From Tubiluchus corallicola (Eukaryota; Animalia; Priapulida): a DNA stretch of 64,000 bases. Positions 50,326-64,000 of the stretch are shown here, in pieces. The position numbers were made by a program, and so were the translations under genes. Location of the stretch: NCBI GenBank assembly GCA_030141605.1, contig JAQGDQ010000012.1, positions 1,134,359 to 1,198,358 on the forward strand, in the 5' to 3' direction. How positions within the stretch are numbered: position 1 is the stretch's first letter; each line of letters begins with the position of its first letter. The notes below the pieces were generated by a model that saw only the letters and a program-made list of their open reading frames with translations, was not told where the DNA came from and did not search any database.

Positions 50326-50575
50326 CAACGCTTTCAGACTAGCGAGTTTTCTGTTGTGAGTTTTCTCTCTGAGAGTAAACTGGCAAGTGTTAACTGTTTT
50401 GCGAGTTACTATCGGCAAGTTATTGCAAACTCTCCGACAGTGTTGCGAGTTCATGCTCTCTTTTCTAGTCTGAACATGCTTGCGAGTTACTTGGCGCGCT
50501 ACAGCGAGTTTTCCTAGCGAGCTACGGCGAGTTTACATGGCGAGAAAACTAGCTAGTCGCTAGAGTGAACGCGCC
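50326..50575. mobile_element. Small MITE with PIF/Harbinger-like inverted termini and internal gcgagtt repeats
   Basis: Left caacgctttcagactagcgagtttt versus the reverse complement of the right end, ggcgcgttcactctagcgactagctagtttt. Many internal gcgagtt/gcaagt units. Confidence 0.55.
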
Positions 50576-53494
50576 GTAGCTGTTTAAAATATCGCCCAAA
50601 TTGCTAAAACGTTACTGGTCCACTTTCCCATGGGTGACAAACAACGTCACTGACTCATCGACAACCGTATTATTAATGTTATTTATAAAATAAAGTAATT
50701 TTTGTGTTTTTGCTTAATTAGCAATGTGGCTCTAAGAATGCTCTGATGATTTTTTCGAACTTTACCCAATGCTATCAGAACTTGCTTAAATCTTTTACTC
50801 AAAGACTGACCGTTAAAATGGGTACCTTTAACTGTTTAAGTTGCAGTTTGTATTATTTCAGCTTACAGTTTTTTACTCCTCACTTGCCCGTTTTTATCAC
50901 AACTTATAAATTGGCTTCTGTTTCAGTTTGATTGAATCCTTTTGCTTCTACAATTTTGAATTTCATCTGCAGTATACCTGCAATTTCAACTTCCAGTAAA
51001 CATAGTCAGTTTCGTCACGATTTTATGTATCTACTTCATTTTTGGAACAAAACAATTACTTATTAGTTTAAAACACTTTAGACAATGGTATTTTAGATTT
51101 TGAGCTAGACCCGGCAACCGACTATATGTAGCTAAACTCACTGAAGCATTGACGCTGTGACATTGAGTATGTGGAAACTGTTATTGACCTATTGCAACAC
51201 TTTATGAAGTCAACTCAGCACAATTGTATAATTATTACTAAACTCTGAGTCATAAACTAATTCAAATTCCGCAGCCGTGCTGGAGGAAACAAATAAATTA
51301 GTAGGTAAATTAAAAGAGGTTACAAAATGTAGAGGTTGTGCTTTTCCCAAAGAGGTGAATAAACAAGAATTATAATAAAGGTCATTAACTAAAAAACATT
51401 AGCAAACAATAAGCTTTGACTTTCATCCTTCAACAATTATTATAATTTATATATAATGCTGGAGAGATTTTAAATTTCTAGTTTGAGTGTAACTAGTTAA
51501 CTCTGCGACTGAGTTGTCACCTATCAGCTAAGTTGCTGCGCTACAAAGAAAACTGAGGAAAATCTCTGAATATATATATATACAAAAGAATATTAAAGGC
51601 AGAGCCGGTTTCGCACCGATAAAGCCATTGAGCAACGTCTTAAAAAAACACATACGCTGTCAGCACAAATATAACTCTTTCCCCCCCGCTTTCCAATTTA
51701 TCCCTCCCTAGTGCAATCATCAACGATTATAAAGATATTTTGCTGAGATTCCGCGAAGAGGAGTTGAGAAGAAACGGTATGTTCACATCCGTGACTGAGC
51801 GTATACAAAACCACACATGTGTGTGTTGTTCCCTATTAATATCCTTCAGCGGTAGGACGGATCTAGAGAGAAGTCACGCCAGCCCACGCAGTGAAAGCTA
51901 CGCAGAGGTTGCACAAGTGTACCTAACGCTTCTTTTAATACCAAACATTAGTCGATGATAAATGCTTTAGGGTTCGTATATAGGGTATATATATATATAT
52001 ATATATAACACAGAGTGTATAATAATCTTGTCATAACCGTTCTGTATGTATTTTTACAGCCAGTCTCATCCCTAAACTTTCATAGTATTTTAAATAATTT
52101 CACGACATTATTTCTTACCATTCCGACTTTTTTCTATTTTACATTATTATTATATATCATACATGCAAAACAAACTTCCTCCTATTTGCAAAAATTGTGT
52201 TCTGGTGAGGACCGAAAAATTGGTGTCCAGCGAAATTAAAACATCAGATGTGAAATTAGGAAATCAGAAGCGTAAACGTTATAATAAATTAATTCGCTAA
52301 ATTTTGTTAAAACTAAAATGCTAAATATCGAAAGTTACAAAATATTACGGAAACGTGCGTAGTTACGTATTATGAGCTCGCGCTTGCAAAATATTGCAGT
52401 ATGATTTTGAGCTACACTTTTGTTGATTTCTGATTTACAACGTCGATTAGGTCTACATCACACTGAAAACTCTATTTTAGTTAGTCATACATTTGCCAGA
52501 ACTTTGGGGTCTTTTGCACAGCTATAGTGACCCCTCTCTTCAGGTTAAGATCACATCAATTTGAAACATATTTCTGGATCTGCACGACTCGTGTGCTGCC
52601 ATGTTTACCCAGTCCTGCATCATTAATGTTGACGCTTGTAGCAACGAATAACATGTGTTGTTAGTATGCGGTATTATGAATCGAATAAACTCTCTCAACC
52701 ACAGCATATGATTATGACTCTGTAGGAACGCGGCAGCAGTTAGGAAATTTATAGAGATAAAGAGCCAAATGTCCCCATATAATACACATTTGAAAAAATA
52801 TCTAGTAAAATTTAACTTTAATACATATTTATGCACTTAATTTCTGCTAGAATAGCAATGAAGCCACATTTTACTGCTTAACAACATTTTTTGGTACAGT
52901 GAAATGGGCCACGATAGAAAATGTAAGTAGAAAGTGCTCAGATGGCCAATACGTAGATCTAATTTGTTCTCCAAATTTTAGGACATTTTGATTGTAAGCA
53001 TGTCCAAGTGCTTACAGTCCAAGTGGATTTATACATAAAATAATGGTTTCTCCAGTTCATAATTAAATATGCTTCAAGGCTGGCTTCAATTAACTTCACA
53101 GCAAAAGTGGTCAACTGGCCGGGTCTGAAAATTCCAGTTTATGTTGCAGGATCGCGTGCTTTGCTACAGAATAAAAAGTGGAAAAAGGGAAAGAGAAGGA
53201 AGTGATTATTTAGAATGTAGTCAAAATGATATAAAAAATGCCACGGAAAAAGGGCACAATTGGAAAAGTAGGAATTAATAGCACGTGTAAAACTAAAATG
53301 CACTCAGTAGAAGTAATCTCCGCCAACGCCAAATAATCCTATACACGCTAGTCTGATTTTTTTTATAGGAAGAAACATAAAATAAAGCTGAACAGACAAA
53401 CCTACAAAAAATATACATATTCAAATAATTAATAATTATATAGATTAGCTAGCGAAATAACCCCAAGATACTTTGTTATTTGTCAGATTGTAAT

Positions 53495-56205
53495 GACTTG
53501 GGTCAAAAATGTCGGTACAGTGACCATTGTCCAGCTAATATGGTGTGATGTTTGAAATGACTTCTACGAGCGCCCCAGTTTCCTCCAAAAACTCCCGGCA
53601 ATTTTCGCCAGAGGGCCAAGTCCACGATGGCCGTCAACTTCTTCTGGAAAAATTATCTTTTGACTTCGTGTATCAGATGTCTGGTGCACGTAGAATCACG
53701 TAAAAATGGTTTCTTTGACTAAGTAGATCTCGAAAATTTGGATTCTGTCAACTTTACTTTGTGACATCATTTTGACCCCGAAATCCAAGATGGCCACCAT
53801 GCCACGGGTAAATGTAAGTGTTGAATGAAAAAAGAAGTCGATAGGTTTTGCATTACCACTTCTCTTCAGTATGTAAATAAGAAAAATAAATAATATTATT
53901 AAGAACATATAGTATTAGTGAACTATAGCTTTTAACTCCTGCATTACCAACTATGCATGGTCTTTTGTAGCTGCAAATGTTACCAAAATGAAGCCAATTA
54001 AAGCATATCAACAAATTCCACTTACTCAGAAATTGAAAGTACGTATTTTAAATTACGCATATGAAATCACGGCACAATTAGATATAGCAAACCTTGATTT
54101 TATGATACGCTACACATTTTTATGGCAAGCAACTAATACAATAGCATGATACTATGAGACGTGATCAGTCTGAATTAGAGCATTCAGCCCACTACATTCT
54201 GAATCAACAGATTCTAATGAATCACACCCACTCTCTGTCAATCAGCAAGCTGACAACGCATCCGTTCTCTCTTCCTCTTCATTCTCATCTCCCCTGAATG
54301 GTGAGGAGTGGCACGTCAGTGAAGGGTGACGCGTAAGACATGCCAAGTGGTTGGCACAGATGCAGTGTTGGCGAAGGCTATCTGCAACTAGAAATAGTTT
54401 GTTCTTCATTCTCTTCTACTTTGTAGCATGGCCTTCAGCCATGTTGCTTCTCTTATTGTCACCATTATCTTGTAGATCACATGCCGCATGAGTTGCAGGA
54501 GCTCGTCTACCTTCTCACAACCAGGACACACCGAAACAGTTGTATTTGTGCCACAAGTCCCTGCCACTAAGATTTTACATCAACTTCTTGTCTTTGCCTG
54601 AGTTGGCATCACAGCCTCTCATACAGCGTAACTGCACAATACAGTGTGTCATGTCATCAGTCACCTGCCTTGTTTTGATATAAAGGTACTGGACAGATCC
54701 CCTATGACCAAGCATGCCGTGGAACTTCAGCAAGGAAAGGCAAGTGGAAAAAACTACTGACATACAGCTATATGAATCAACTTTCCAAAACTTTTTGTGT
54801 AGATAATGTGTACTCTCTTGTCACCCACTTACCAATTCAACAACTAATAAGGAACTATAGCTGCGACCAGTCTGAAGCTGACGGCATTCTCTTTTCCATC
54901 TATGCAGCTTTGTGCGAGTTAGACTACTTGCTGGTTACAATGTCTACGCAACGGTAGTGGTTAGCTCACTCCAGCGGCCCGTCATACTCTGTCCTATGTC
55001 TTGCACTGTAACTTGTGGAGCTACAATCGATGAAAGCCTGTGATGCCAACTCGGGCTTTTATGGCAAAAATAGGAAGTTGATGTAATCAAGTGGCAAAGA
55101 GGACTGTGGCAAAGTAACGCTCACCGTCCGAGATAGCTTTGACGTTAAAGAAGAGGTGGTAGAGAAGTTCATTCAGGTCCCGCTAAATGTAATGTATGGT
55201 GACAACAACTCAGGCTATGTAAGGCTATAGGCTCATGCTACAAAATGGGAAACCCTGTACCGACACTGCCTCAGCGCCAACTATTTGGCGTACAAGCCGT
55301 ACACAATGTGCAAAACTTTCCAGAACTATTCATTTCCAGTGGGACATGGCTGGAAACTGGAAATGGGTCACGATCGAAAAAGGGTTATAATTGATTCATC
55401 GATTCAAGCAGCATTCGGAGTAATCACATCTCACAACAACATACTAGCTGCAATGCAATAAGAATTTGTAGCATAGCATGATATGTTCTTTGATGACTGT
55501 TATAATTATGTGGTCTCATTTGTCTAAAACATATCATTTTCTGGATAAAATGGAATTTGTTGACATGTTTTAACTGGCTTTATGTTGATAACAATTATAG
55601 CTGATTAAAAGCTCATTTTTTGAACTGTAATTGGTTCCATTGTCATTATATTCATCCATTATGATGCCACTTGACATTTTTGTGCAAGAACTGAACTTAT
55701 AAACATAAATGTCCGATAGCGTGACAAGATATATGTTTCGGTGGCAAAATTTTTACCAAGCAGAATTATGGAACGACCGAAGAAACAAAATTTTGACAAT
55801 ACTAAAGTAATGCATATTCGATAATCACGGAAGTAGCTGTAGTTTACTAAGGTTATTTGTCATTCTTTCTTACACACTAAAAAAGAAGTAAAACCGAACA
55901 TACTTTTTTTTCATTTGAAACTTACATTTGTGCTTGATGGATGCGGCCGTTTCGGATTGCGAGGTCAAAATGATGTGTGACAATGTAAAACTGATCCATT
56001 TACCCCCAAAAGACTGCCTCCAGCCGATTTTATGTCCACTAGTTCGAGACAATATTTCAAATGGGCGGCCATCTTGGATTTGGTCCACTAGCGAAAACTG
56101 TCAGGACTTGTGGGAGTGACCCGTGGACCAAATATTTTATAAAAGGTTCATAGATGTCAAATCAATCAGCAAAACATGTTAAAACTAAACATTTTGACCC
56201 TACTA
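53495..56205. mobile_element. Two decayed 3' ends of an Academ-like (XPG-domain) DNA transposon in inverted orientation, forming a ~2.7 kb imperfect palindrome
   Basis: Plus arm encodes remnants ACDANSGFYGKNRK (~55036), RHCLSANYLAY (55261) and PVGHGWKLE (~55336), and ends in attttgaccctacta (56205; TAG..CTA-type terminus). Minus arm encodes GCDANSGKDKK (ORF 54575-54763) and ends near gacttgggtcaaaaatg (~53495). The arms pair, e.g. 53748-53819 with 55920-55994 and 54560-54615 with 55037-55110. The superfamily assignment rests on recalled motifs. Confidence 0.6.
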
Positions 56206-56249
56206 AATGTATGAAGTTGACGAGGTTTTTCGTCCTATATTTTTGATCA

Positions 56250-56400
56250 GACGGTATAGTTTAGTGGTAGCGCGGTCGCTTTCCATCTGGCAGGTCGTGA
56301 GTTTAATCCTTCGGCCGGGTCATGCCAAAGACTCCAAAAATTGTACCTGCTGTTGTCCTGCCTGGCACGTGGTATTTAGGGCAAAAGTAAGGTAATAATA
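56250..56400 (+). mobile_element. tRNA-derived SINE fragment
   Basis: A-box-like tagtttagtggtag and degenerate B-box gagtttaatcc, followed by a non-tRNA body ggtcatgccaaagactccaaaaattgtacctgctgttgtcctgcctggcac. No intact cloverleaf. Confidence 0.6.
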
Positions 56401-58712
56401 ATCTCTGTTATGTAGGTGTAGTTTGTTATTTACAGTCGGTGGAGTTTATAGGACCTATATTATGGTCCTGTTTATGTGACGCTTCTAACCCGCTTTCTAG
56501 AAGAAAGTCAAAGATATGCATATTGCGCGCAAATCCAGTAAAAAAGGCTGTGTGTGATTCTGAGTGTCAAATGAATTGCAGGTAACAAATTATTATAATA
56601 CTAAAAGCCATTTCAATAATCATTAATCATGGGCATAGATCAAAAATGTATAAGGATTTACGATATTGCCGGGGGTGCTCTAATTCTGGTCGTCAACAAA
56701 TTTTAAATACCCTTCAATGTATTGTAGTGCATTGGATTACGAGTCTTGAAAGTATTTGCTAAAAAGCACCCGCATGTCTCGTTTTTTAAATGTTAGTTAG
56801 ACGACATATTCCTGACTACATTGGCAACATGTTGAGCGTTTTTGCGAATGCAGCACGGCGATGAATTCATCAAGATCATATTTCACTTTCACCTCAAAGT
56901 CGCCCTTAAGGGGCGACAAGCCCACGGGGTGTCCCCGTTTGCAGTAAAAACTTCGCAGTGGCATAATTTCGAAAAATGAAATAATGGAGGCCTTGTGCAT
57001 GCACAGTAACAATTAAACGCGAACATTTTGCATTTTTAGCAAAACAGGTTATGTTTTTTTGGTACACGGTAGTCACCAATAGAGTCATCAGTAGACCTCT
57101 TTGGTGTGTGTGCACGCCAGTTTCTAACCATGGCTTATTTTTAGACACATTAGTTTTCTGTTATAAATTCTTCAATGAATGGGAATGTGCAACATAATTT
57201 CAAACTCGTAACTTTCGATATGGAAAGAATTAACTTTAAATGGACTGAGTGTGGTGTGTTGATCATACTAATAAATGGCGTAGGTAATAATGGCTGTAAG
57301 AAAGGTGCACAGTGTGCTTGAAAATAGAGATGCGGTTGGAAACGTGCGTCTACCCCCAGATAATTATAAACATGCCGTGATCGACGCCAGCAAAATTTAA
57401 CTTGCTGATTGCTAAACTGCTCCTCTTCATACTTACAAAAATAACTTCATTCCATCCACGTTTTTAGCCTAACCAAAGAGCTATGTGGTCCCTGCCAACC
57501 ATGCAAACAGAGGAATTTTTGCCGGCGTACAAAGAGCTGTGATAATAATTAACATTTTACAAACGACATGACATAACGGGTTTTATAAATTTGTGACGTT
57601 GTATATTGTTGATACGTTCAATTCGCACTTTTGAGGAGTGGAGTACCGAGCCACTTCTCCTCTAATGGGTGAGTTTCGGCCTAATGGTCTCTTGGTGCTA
57701 ATACGTTTTAAGCCTAGAGAATTCCAGACACCTTGTGTGCTCTTGTCCGCTGAGGTTCACTTTTTGGTATTTATAATGGCCTAGGTCTATATATACTGGA
57801 CCTTACTGAGTATGAGCTCTGCTGCTACTGGCCTGGGTTATTAACAGGAATTAAAAGTCATGCGTGTATCATTAGAATTGTAAAACAACACGCTGTAATT
57901 GATGACGTCTTACCGTTCATACTATCTGCAGCAAAAGCTACGTGTAACTGTCCATAAATTATCTGTGTTGCCAGCTTTGATCTGGCTCGTGAAAATACGA
58001 ATGCATTCAATGGCAGTGTCTCATGCATGGAAACAAAAAAGGAATAATAATAATACTACATTAGAGTAATCGACGTTTCTATTCAGCAAACTTTAATAAA
58101 ATTTAGCTGTTCTAGTAACGAATTGGAAACGTTGAACAGCACTGAAATGAAACTATTGTTGCGATTTGTTCGAACGATTCAAGAATTAATTTATTAGGGC
58201 AGTTCTTTACAGAAGGCAATTTCTGCAATTTCTTTTGTAAACCCTAGACTATACAAGATACAAAGTGAACAATTGCGTCCATTCATTGCAAACTAATATT
58301 AAGCAGGCCTGTAATTGTCAATTATTATTTTTGAGCAGATTTTAGCTTGCTATGATTGTTAATTTTTTTATTGAATATCACTAAGATGCAAAAAGCTGTT
58401 TTCCATTGAATATGCTGAAGTTTTAAATAAGCGATTATTATAATACAACCATAGTAAACATTTTTATTGCAAAGTGATTGATTGTAGTACGTGTGGTTCT
58501 GAAGTTTCGTAATTTTATTTGAATAATTATTGCAATGATGTCTGCCTTTACTGTTAAACTGCTTGATTGTATTGAAACAAATATTACATCTATATTTGTA
58601 TATTACTTCTCAGAGGAGTACATCATTAATTAAGCATTGAATTTTACTTCTCATAACTTGTTAGGGGAAACTATATCTGCAATATATACATACATTCATG
58701 CATGCATGCACG

Positions 58713-59155
58713 CATACATACATACATACATACATACATACATACATACATACATACATACATACATACATACATACATACATACATACATACATACATA
58801 CATACATACATACATACATACATACATACATACATACATACATACATACATACATACATACATACATACATACATACATACATACATACATACATACATA
58901 CATACATACATACATACATACATACATACATACATACATACATACATACATACATACATACATACATACATACATACATACATACATACATACATACATA
59001 CATACATACATACATACATACATACATACATACATACATACATACATACATACATACATACATACATACATACATACATACATACATACATACATACATA
59101 CATACATACATACATACATACATACATACATACATACATACATACATACATACAT
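58713..59155. repeat. Perfect (CATA)n / (TACA)n tetranucleotide microsatellite, ~110 units
   Basis: Seen directly; explains the YIHT/MYVC ORFs. Confidence 0.98.
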
Positions 59156-61270
59156 TGAATCAAGTATAATTTACTTTTGTAACGAAATATGATTAGATTG
59201 AAATGAGTCATTTACTTGCACAGTAAATGATTCATAATACAAAATTATAGTGTGAACAATTCTTCGCGAAATTATTTTTATCTCAGCAATCTACATGTGC
59301 GGTAAATATTTATTTACATATACATGTAGTGCAAGGTTTTGCTCTACTGTTTATGCCACAAAGCTCACAAGGTATATGACAGGCAAGCTTTGTGATCGTA
59401 CAGTAGGCCAGGATTAACGCTTTTCTTACAGAAACCCGATCTACAATGCAGCCAGTCAGCAGGGTGCGTGGTGACTAATGCGAATCAAACGAATTATTTC
59501 TGGAAATCCCGAGCACAATGAGCATGTTGAGCGCACTTTTGCTTGGCCATCATGAATAACATTAACGCAGCACGATTATTCAGTAAAACCATGATTCAGG
59601 CGATTTTGCGGAATTATTCTTACTTAACAAGATACAGTCTCTTGTCCTGTAAGAAGCAACACTAAAGGTCATGTTTCTGGGTCGACGTTTCTGAAAAAAA
59701 CAACTTTTCTGTACTTAAAAAATAATTATTATTACGCTATAACTGAATTTAAAGGAAAGACGTTCCTGTTAAATTTCTAATACACTAACTGACTAAACAT
59801 CTGATGGCCAGATTTTTGGTGACTTACCGAATTAGGAAATTTATGAAGAACGACTATCACAACTTTTTCTTTTAAATTCACTGTTATAATGTAATAATTG
59901 AAGAATTCTGGCAAATCTGTATTCGGACCAATATGGAATCAGTTCCGTCACATTGATATGGTTTACATGAACTGGAAAAAACTAAATGGGCTAACGTATA
60001 ACGAAAAAACAAAAGATATTCAGGCTCCAGCGGTTTATATGGTTTATTTTCCATTATCTATTTTCTAGAGTTTATTGCGTACTTTAAATTAAGTGGTTTA
60101 ATTTAACCAAAACATTATTTAAACTAAAACAGTTTATTCAAACTGAAATATTTTATTCTTAGAAACAGCTAAATTTCCGGTGAGTTAGACTTAATAAGTT
60201 GATACTTTAAGAGTTTTAAAAACCGAATTTCCTTCTTTAAACTGCGTTCTTATTCGAAACAAAAACGGTGTGCTAACTTTACCTGACTAAATTAGTCATT
60301 AAAGTTGGCCCACGTTTTATGGTAAGAAAAGGTTTTATGGTATCACCCGGGGCACAGGTGGATCTTATTCGTCTAATCGAATAAATTTCGCTTCAGTAGT
60401 CCAATTCTTGTCACTCCGTGGAACTGCAGTGCAGCAAGGACAGATATCAATGCAAAGTTTATGATTTTGTTCGTACTGGAAACGCAAAATATTTAGCAAT
60501 TCCACTATTCTGTCCCGTCGGAAATTTGATGGACTGATTAGATGGGATGTCCTTGGTATAAAACGAAAATTTTGTAAGAATTCATTAATTAGTTTAATTA
60601 ATTAATTTTAATATGATTTGAATACATATTCCCATGATCTAACCAAGCTGAAATTCGGCAGGATGATTTGCTAAGATGTCTTTGGTTAAAAACAAAGAAT
60701 TTGCAGTCATTTGTTAATTAGTTAATTAATTAGAACTGCTTAACTACTTAATTTTAAATTGATTTAAATTGCAGAAGTGCTTGGTACTAAAAACTTTTGT
60801 AAAGTATCATTCATTTGATGGCCTTCAGTCAGCAGTAGCGACTCTGTATTTATCCTTTGTGATTACCCATTAAGCTACAGAATGTTTATAAAGCATCTTC
60901 GTCTTTTGTTTCGACAATAGCGACAATTATTGTTTCTCGGACTGTGTAGAACTTTTCTGCAGTGTCGATCATTGGTGGCTATATATAATGGTGCTTCAGT
61001 GTAAGTTTCAAAATAATTCAAAATAAAATAATGTGCAAAATGCTCTTGCGGCACCTTGTTAGCGTACTAATGCGCCAAATTCGTGAAGTATGCCCAATCA
61101 GCTGTTTGCACAATCGAAAAATTTGCCTCAGTTTCTAATCGTCCAATCGTCCAACAGAGTGTGACGTAGGAATGTTTTGTTTTCTCAAAGGTCTATGTTC
61201 TTTCAAATACTGCACTTTTTGCATGACTTTTGAAAATATTCTGGTATCCCAGAGAAAGAAAAGCAGACAA

Positions 61271-61545
61271 CCGTGTTCTAGTCAAGTCTTTCAGCTCAAG
61301 TCCAAGTCAAGTATCAAGTCACTCTGGCCCAAGTCCGAATCAAGTCCATAAGCCGAAGTCCGAGGCAAGCCTCAAGTCGCTATGCCCAACTTCGAGCCGA
61401 GCCTCGAGTCATTAATGACATTATGCCCGAGTCGAGTCTCCAGTCATTGTGTCTACGTCTGAGTCAAGTCCGATGTTAACGTGGTTATGTTCAACTTCAA
61501 ATCGAGTTTCAAGTCAAAGTGAGCCAGGATTTAAATCGATTCTCA
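61271..61545. repeat. Cluster of caagtc/cgagtc short repeats, probably the subterminal region of a DNA transposon
   Basis: Begins ccgtgttctagtcaagtc and contains many (c/g)aagtc and cgagtc units. No partner terminus was identified. Confidence 0.5.
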
Positions 61546-64000
61546 AGTTTCTGTTTAATAGTAACAAACTATTCGTGCTAAATTTAGTGTTAATTTTGTT
61601 GCTAATTTTTGTTATTATTTCGTACGTCGGACTATCTGTGCAAGATACATTATTTTGCAAATGGTTTTATACTGTAGTTATGCAATACTGAGTATTTGTA
61701 TAACATAAAAGTGAGCTTACAATCATTAGTACTAATTACAATCTAGAAAAAGTTTTTCAAGTTACTTATTACATTTAAGAAATATGGTGTCAAATACCTG
61801 ACAAGCCTGTGCGTTCTTACTAACAAACCACTTTGAATGAAGACCGGCTCAATTAATGGCCACACTACAACCTGGCAACTTAATATTTTATTAGCCAGTT
61901 TAAAAAGTTCACCTGGTGATGATTTACAATTTTCACAATGCTTTCACTCGTTTCTTTGGTTCTTCTGTAGGACTGAGTTTCTTGATTTAAATTCAAATTT
62001 TTTTCTATTTGATTGAGTTTCCTAATCTAAATTCAAATGTTTTGCTTGCTAATTTAAATTTTGTTTCACCGCATTCGCCATATTATTTACTGTTCGCCAG
62101 TTTTAATTTTAAACTCGCGTGAACTCATTGTTGTTAATTTTTACCAACTTATTTTTATTTTCTTGCTGTTTTCATATTGTTGATTATTATTAATTTGTGT
62201 ATACCGACTTGACAAGGTCATTTTACTTTCTTTAATTTTGGATAGGGGTGGCTGACGTGGTGACAGTTGATTTTTTTCGCCACCCCGTCTCGTTCTTTTT
62301 TGATTATATTTTTGCTTTTACTTATCTTTATCTTGTAAAATATTAGAGACGAATTACTTACTTACTTGCTGCTAAAATAGATGTTTAGGATGTATTTTGA
62401 ATTTTTCTCGTACAATGTCGTAATTTTTTAGCATAGGGTATATTTAATGTCGTAATAACATGTAAAAGTTTTTAATTGAGCGTAGACGCAGACACTGTCG
62501 GTGAACCTAGAGACTAAGAAATATACCAAAGGCATAATGCAAACATGGCTATAAACAATGAATGCAGATCAAACATGGGACTGAAACGCTTTCGCAAGTA
62601 ACAACAATGTAACTACTTAGTATTAACACGCATAATAATTATTGTTTGTTTTATTCTTCGTGCAGTCAGAATGGGTAAGAAAGAGTCTGCTTCTAAGTTG
62701 CAAGGGATTTTGTTGAAAATTTTTTTGTACTATAAAACAGCAACTGTGTAACTCCGCATTGCACATTTGTAATCTATCAATTAAAAAAATACAGCACATC
62801 ATATGACCGCGTATGTTACAGGTTCTTATATAACCGCAAGGAAGGCCTACCAAGTACCGACAGTTCGAAGTTTCTGTTCCGTCTTCTCTCCTTGACATCT
62901 ATATACGGTTACAGTAACTATATAGGTCTAACTCATTGTCTCCTTATGTAGTCGGCGACTATAAGTATAACAACCAGTTTGAGTGAATTAAATTTTGGAC
63001 CCCCATATTAAAGGTACGGACTTGTTCCTGTGTAAACAGCGGGTAAGATGGCATGTAATTTTTAAACTTTTCTGCTATTCTTAATTTGGCTTTCTTCATG
63101 TGCAAGATGTACATCAATAACAAAAACTTAAAATTTTGGGTAAATAAGTAAAAGTTCCCCAATCGATAGTGTCAAAATAAACAAGTCACTGCTAAACCCA
63201 TCCTTGGTTGTCAGAGTCCGGGCGTACACTCACAATTGACGAATTCGTATAATGGACAATAAAATCAGCGAGTGCCTTTGTCGTATTATGCCATAGTTCA
63301 ATACTTTTAACACCTTCTGCCAATAGAATTCCAAAAGGCGAAAATTTCAGCGACCATGCGCATCACGCCATGCACTTGCTAATAGAATCTTACCCCAGAA
63401 ACAAGTATTAAAGCCGGATGTATCGCTGGGCAAAAAACAGGAATTTGTCTGTCTATCATGAACTTAGCAGCTGTTTATGTTTTGCGACAGAACAGTAATT
63501 TTACACCTCCAACTTTTTGCTTGTTTCAAATCTCTAATCAGTGACGCCATTATGATGGTAGGATATAAGCAAGATGTTGCTAAATCTTAAACACTAAAAA
63601 TTATTATGTATTCATTTAGTTTTAAAACGTTGATTAACGATCCAGATAATTAGGCATTAGTCGTAACTTATCTTAACAAACGAATTCGAAAGTCTACATT
63701 GTTATTAAAGCGGTAAACATTAATAATTTTATTGTAGGCCCAATATAGCGGCCATTTTGTTAGCTGGACTTAATGGTACATAGCTGAATGAGACGCTAAT
63801 TATTCGAGCCTACAAAAAACCGATATCTGCAAAAGAGAGTAACAATGTCGTTTACACGGAAATTACACATTCAGAAACATACAAAGCATTATTCAAGAAA
63901 AGTAAACTTAGCATTTTGGAAGCTCAACAAACTTTCTAGGGTTACCATTGTCTAAATTCTCGACTTGTGAAGAACACATCTAAGCAGTCGGCATAGTTTT

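Noticed and set aside
56250-56330. Possible tRNA gene
   Set aside because: Degenerate B-box, no acceptor stem, and it continues into a SINE-like body.
58637-59211. Six long ORFs (YIHT/MYVC repeats, 155-173 aa)
   Set aside because: Artefacts of the stop-free (CATA)n microsatellite.
61271-61545. CRISPR-like or other prokaryotic repeat array
   Set aside because: Units are only 5-6 bp and irregularly spaced, there are no cas genes, and the context is eukaryotic.

Overview
AT-rich, intron-rich animal genomic DNA, most likely from a non-vertebrate; it is not prokaryotic. Exons were reconstructed by hand from GT..AG boundaries and phase continuity. Five protein-coding genes are supported: (1) the last three coding exons of a class I SAM-dependent methyltransferase (+, 699-3098); (2) a complete 10-exon mitochondrial-clan cytochrome P450 (+, 8919-19991); (3) a complete 15-exon IK/RED spliceosomal protein gene (-, 25459-36643); (4) an intronless glyoxylate/hydroxypyruvate reductase, GRHPR (+, ~39364-40461); (5) a multi-exon, animal-type peptidylarginine deiminase, PADI (-, 42183 to at least 48398). 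The PADI is the stand-out feature. It retains the Asp/His/Asp/Cys catalytic set, seems to share most intron positions with vertebrate PADIs, has substitutions at several Ca2+-ligand positions, and has no recognisable N-terminal PAD_N exons. The rest consists of decayed LINEs, MITEs, long inverted repeats (including an Academ-like palindrome), SINE heads and microsatellites. No gene is convincingly supported beyond ~49.7 kb. Comparisons with human proteins and intron positions are from memory and need checking by alignment.
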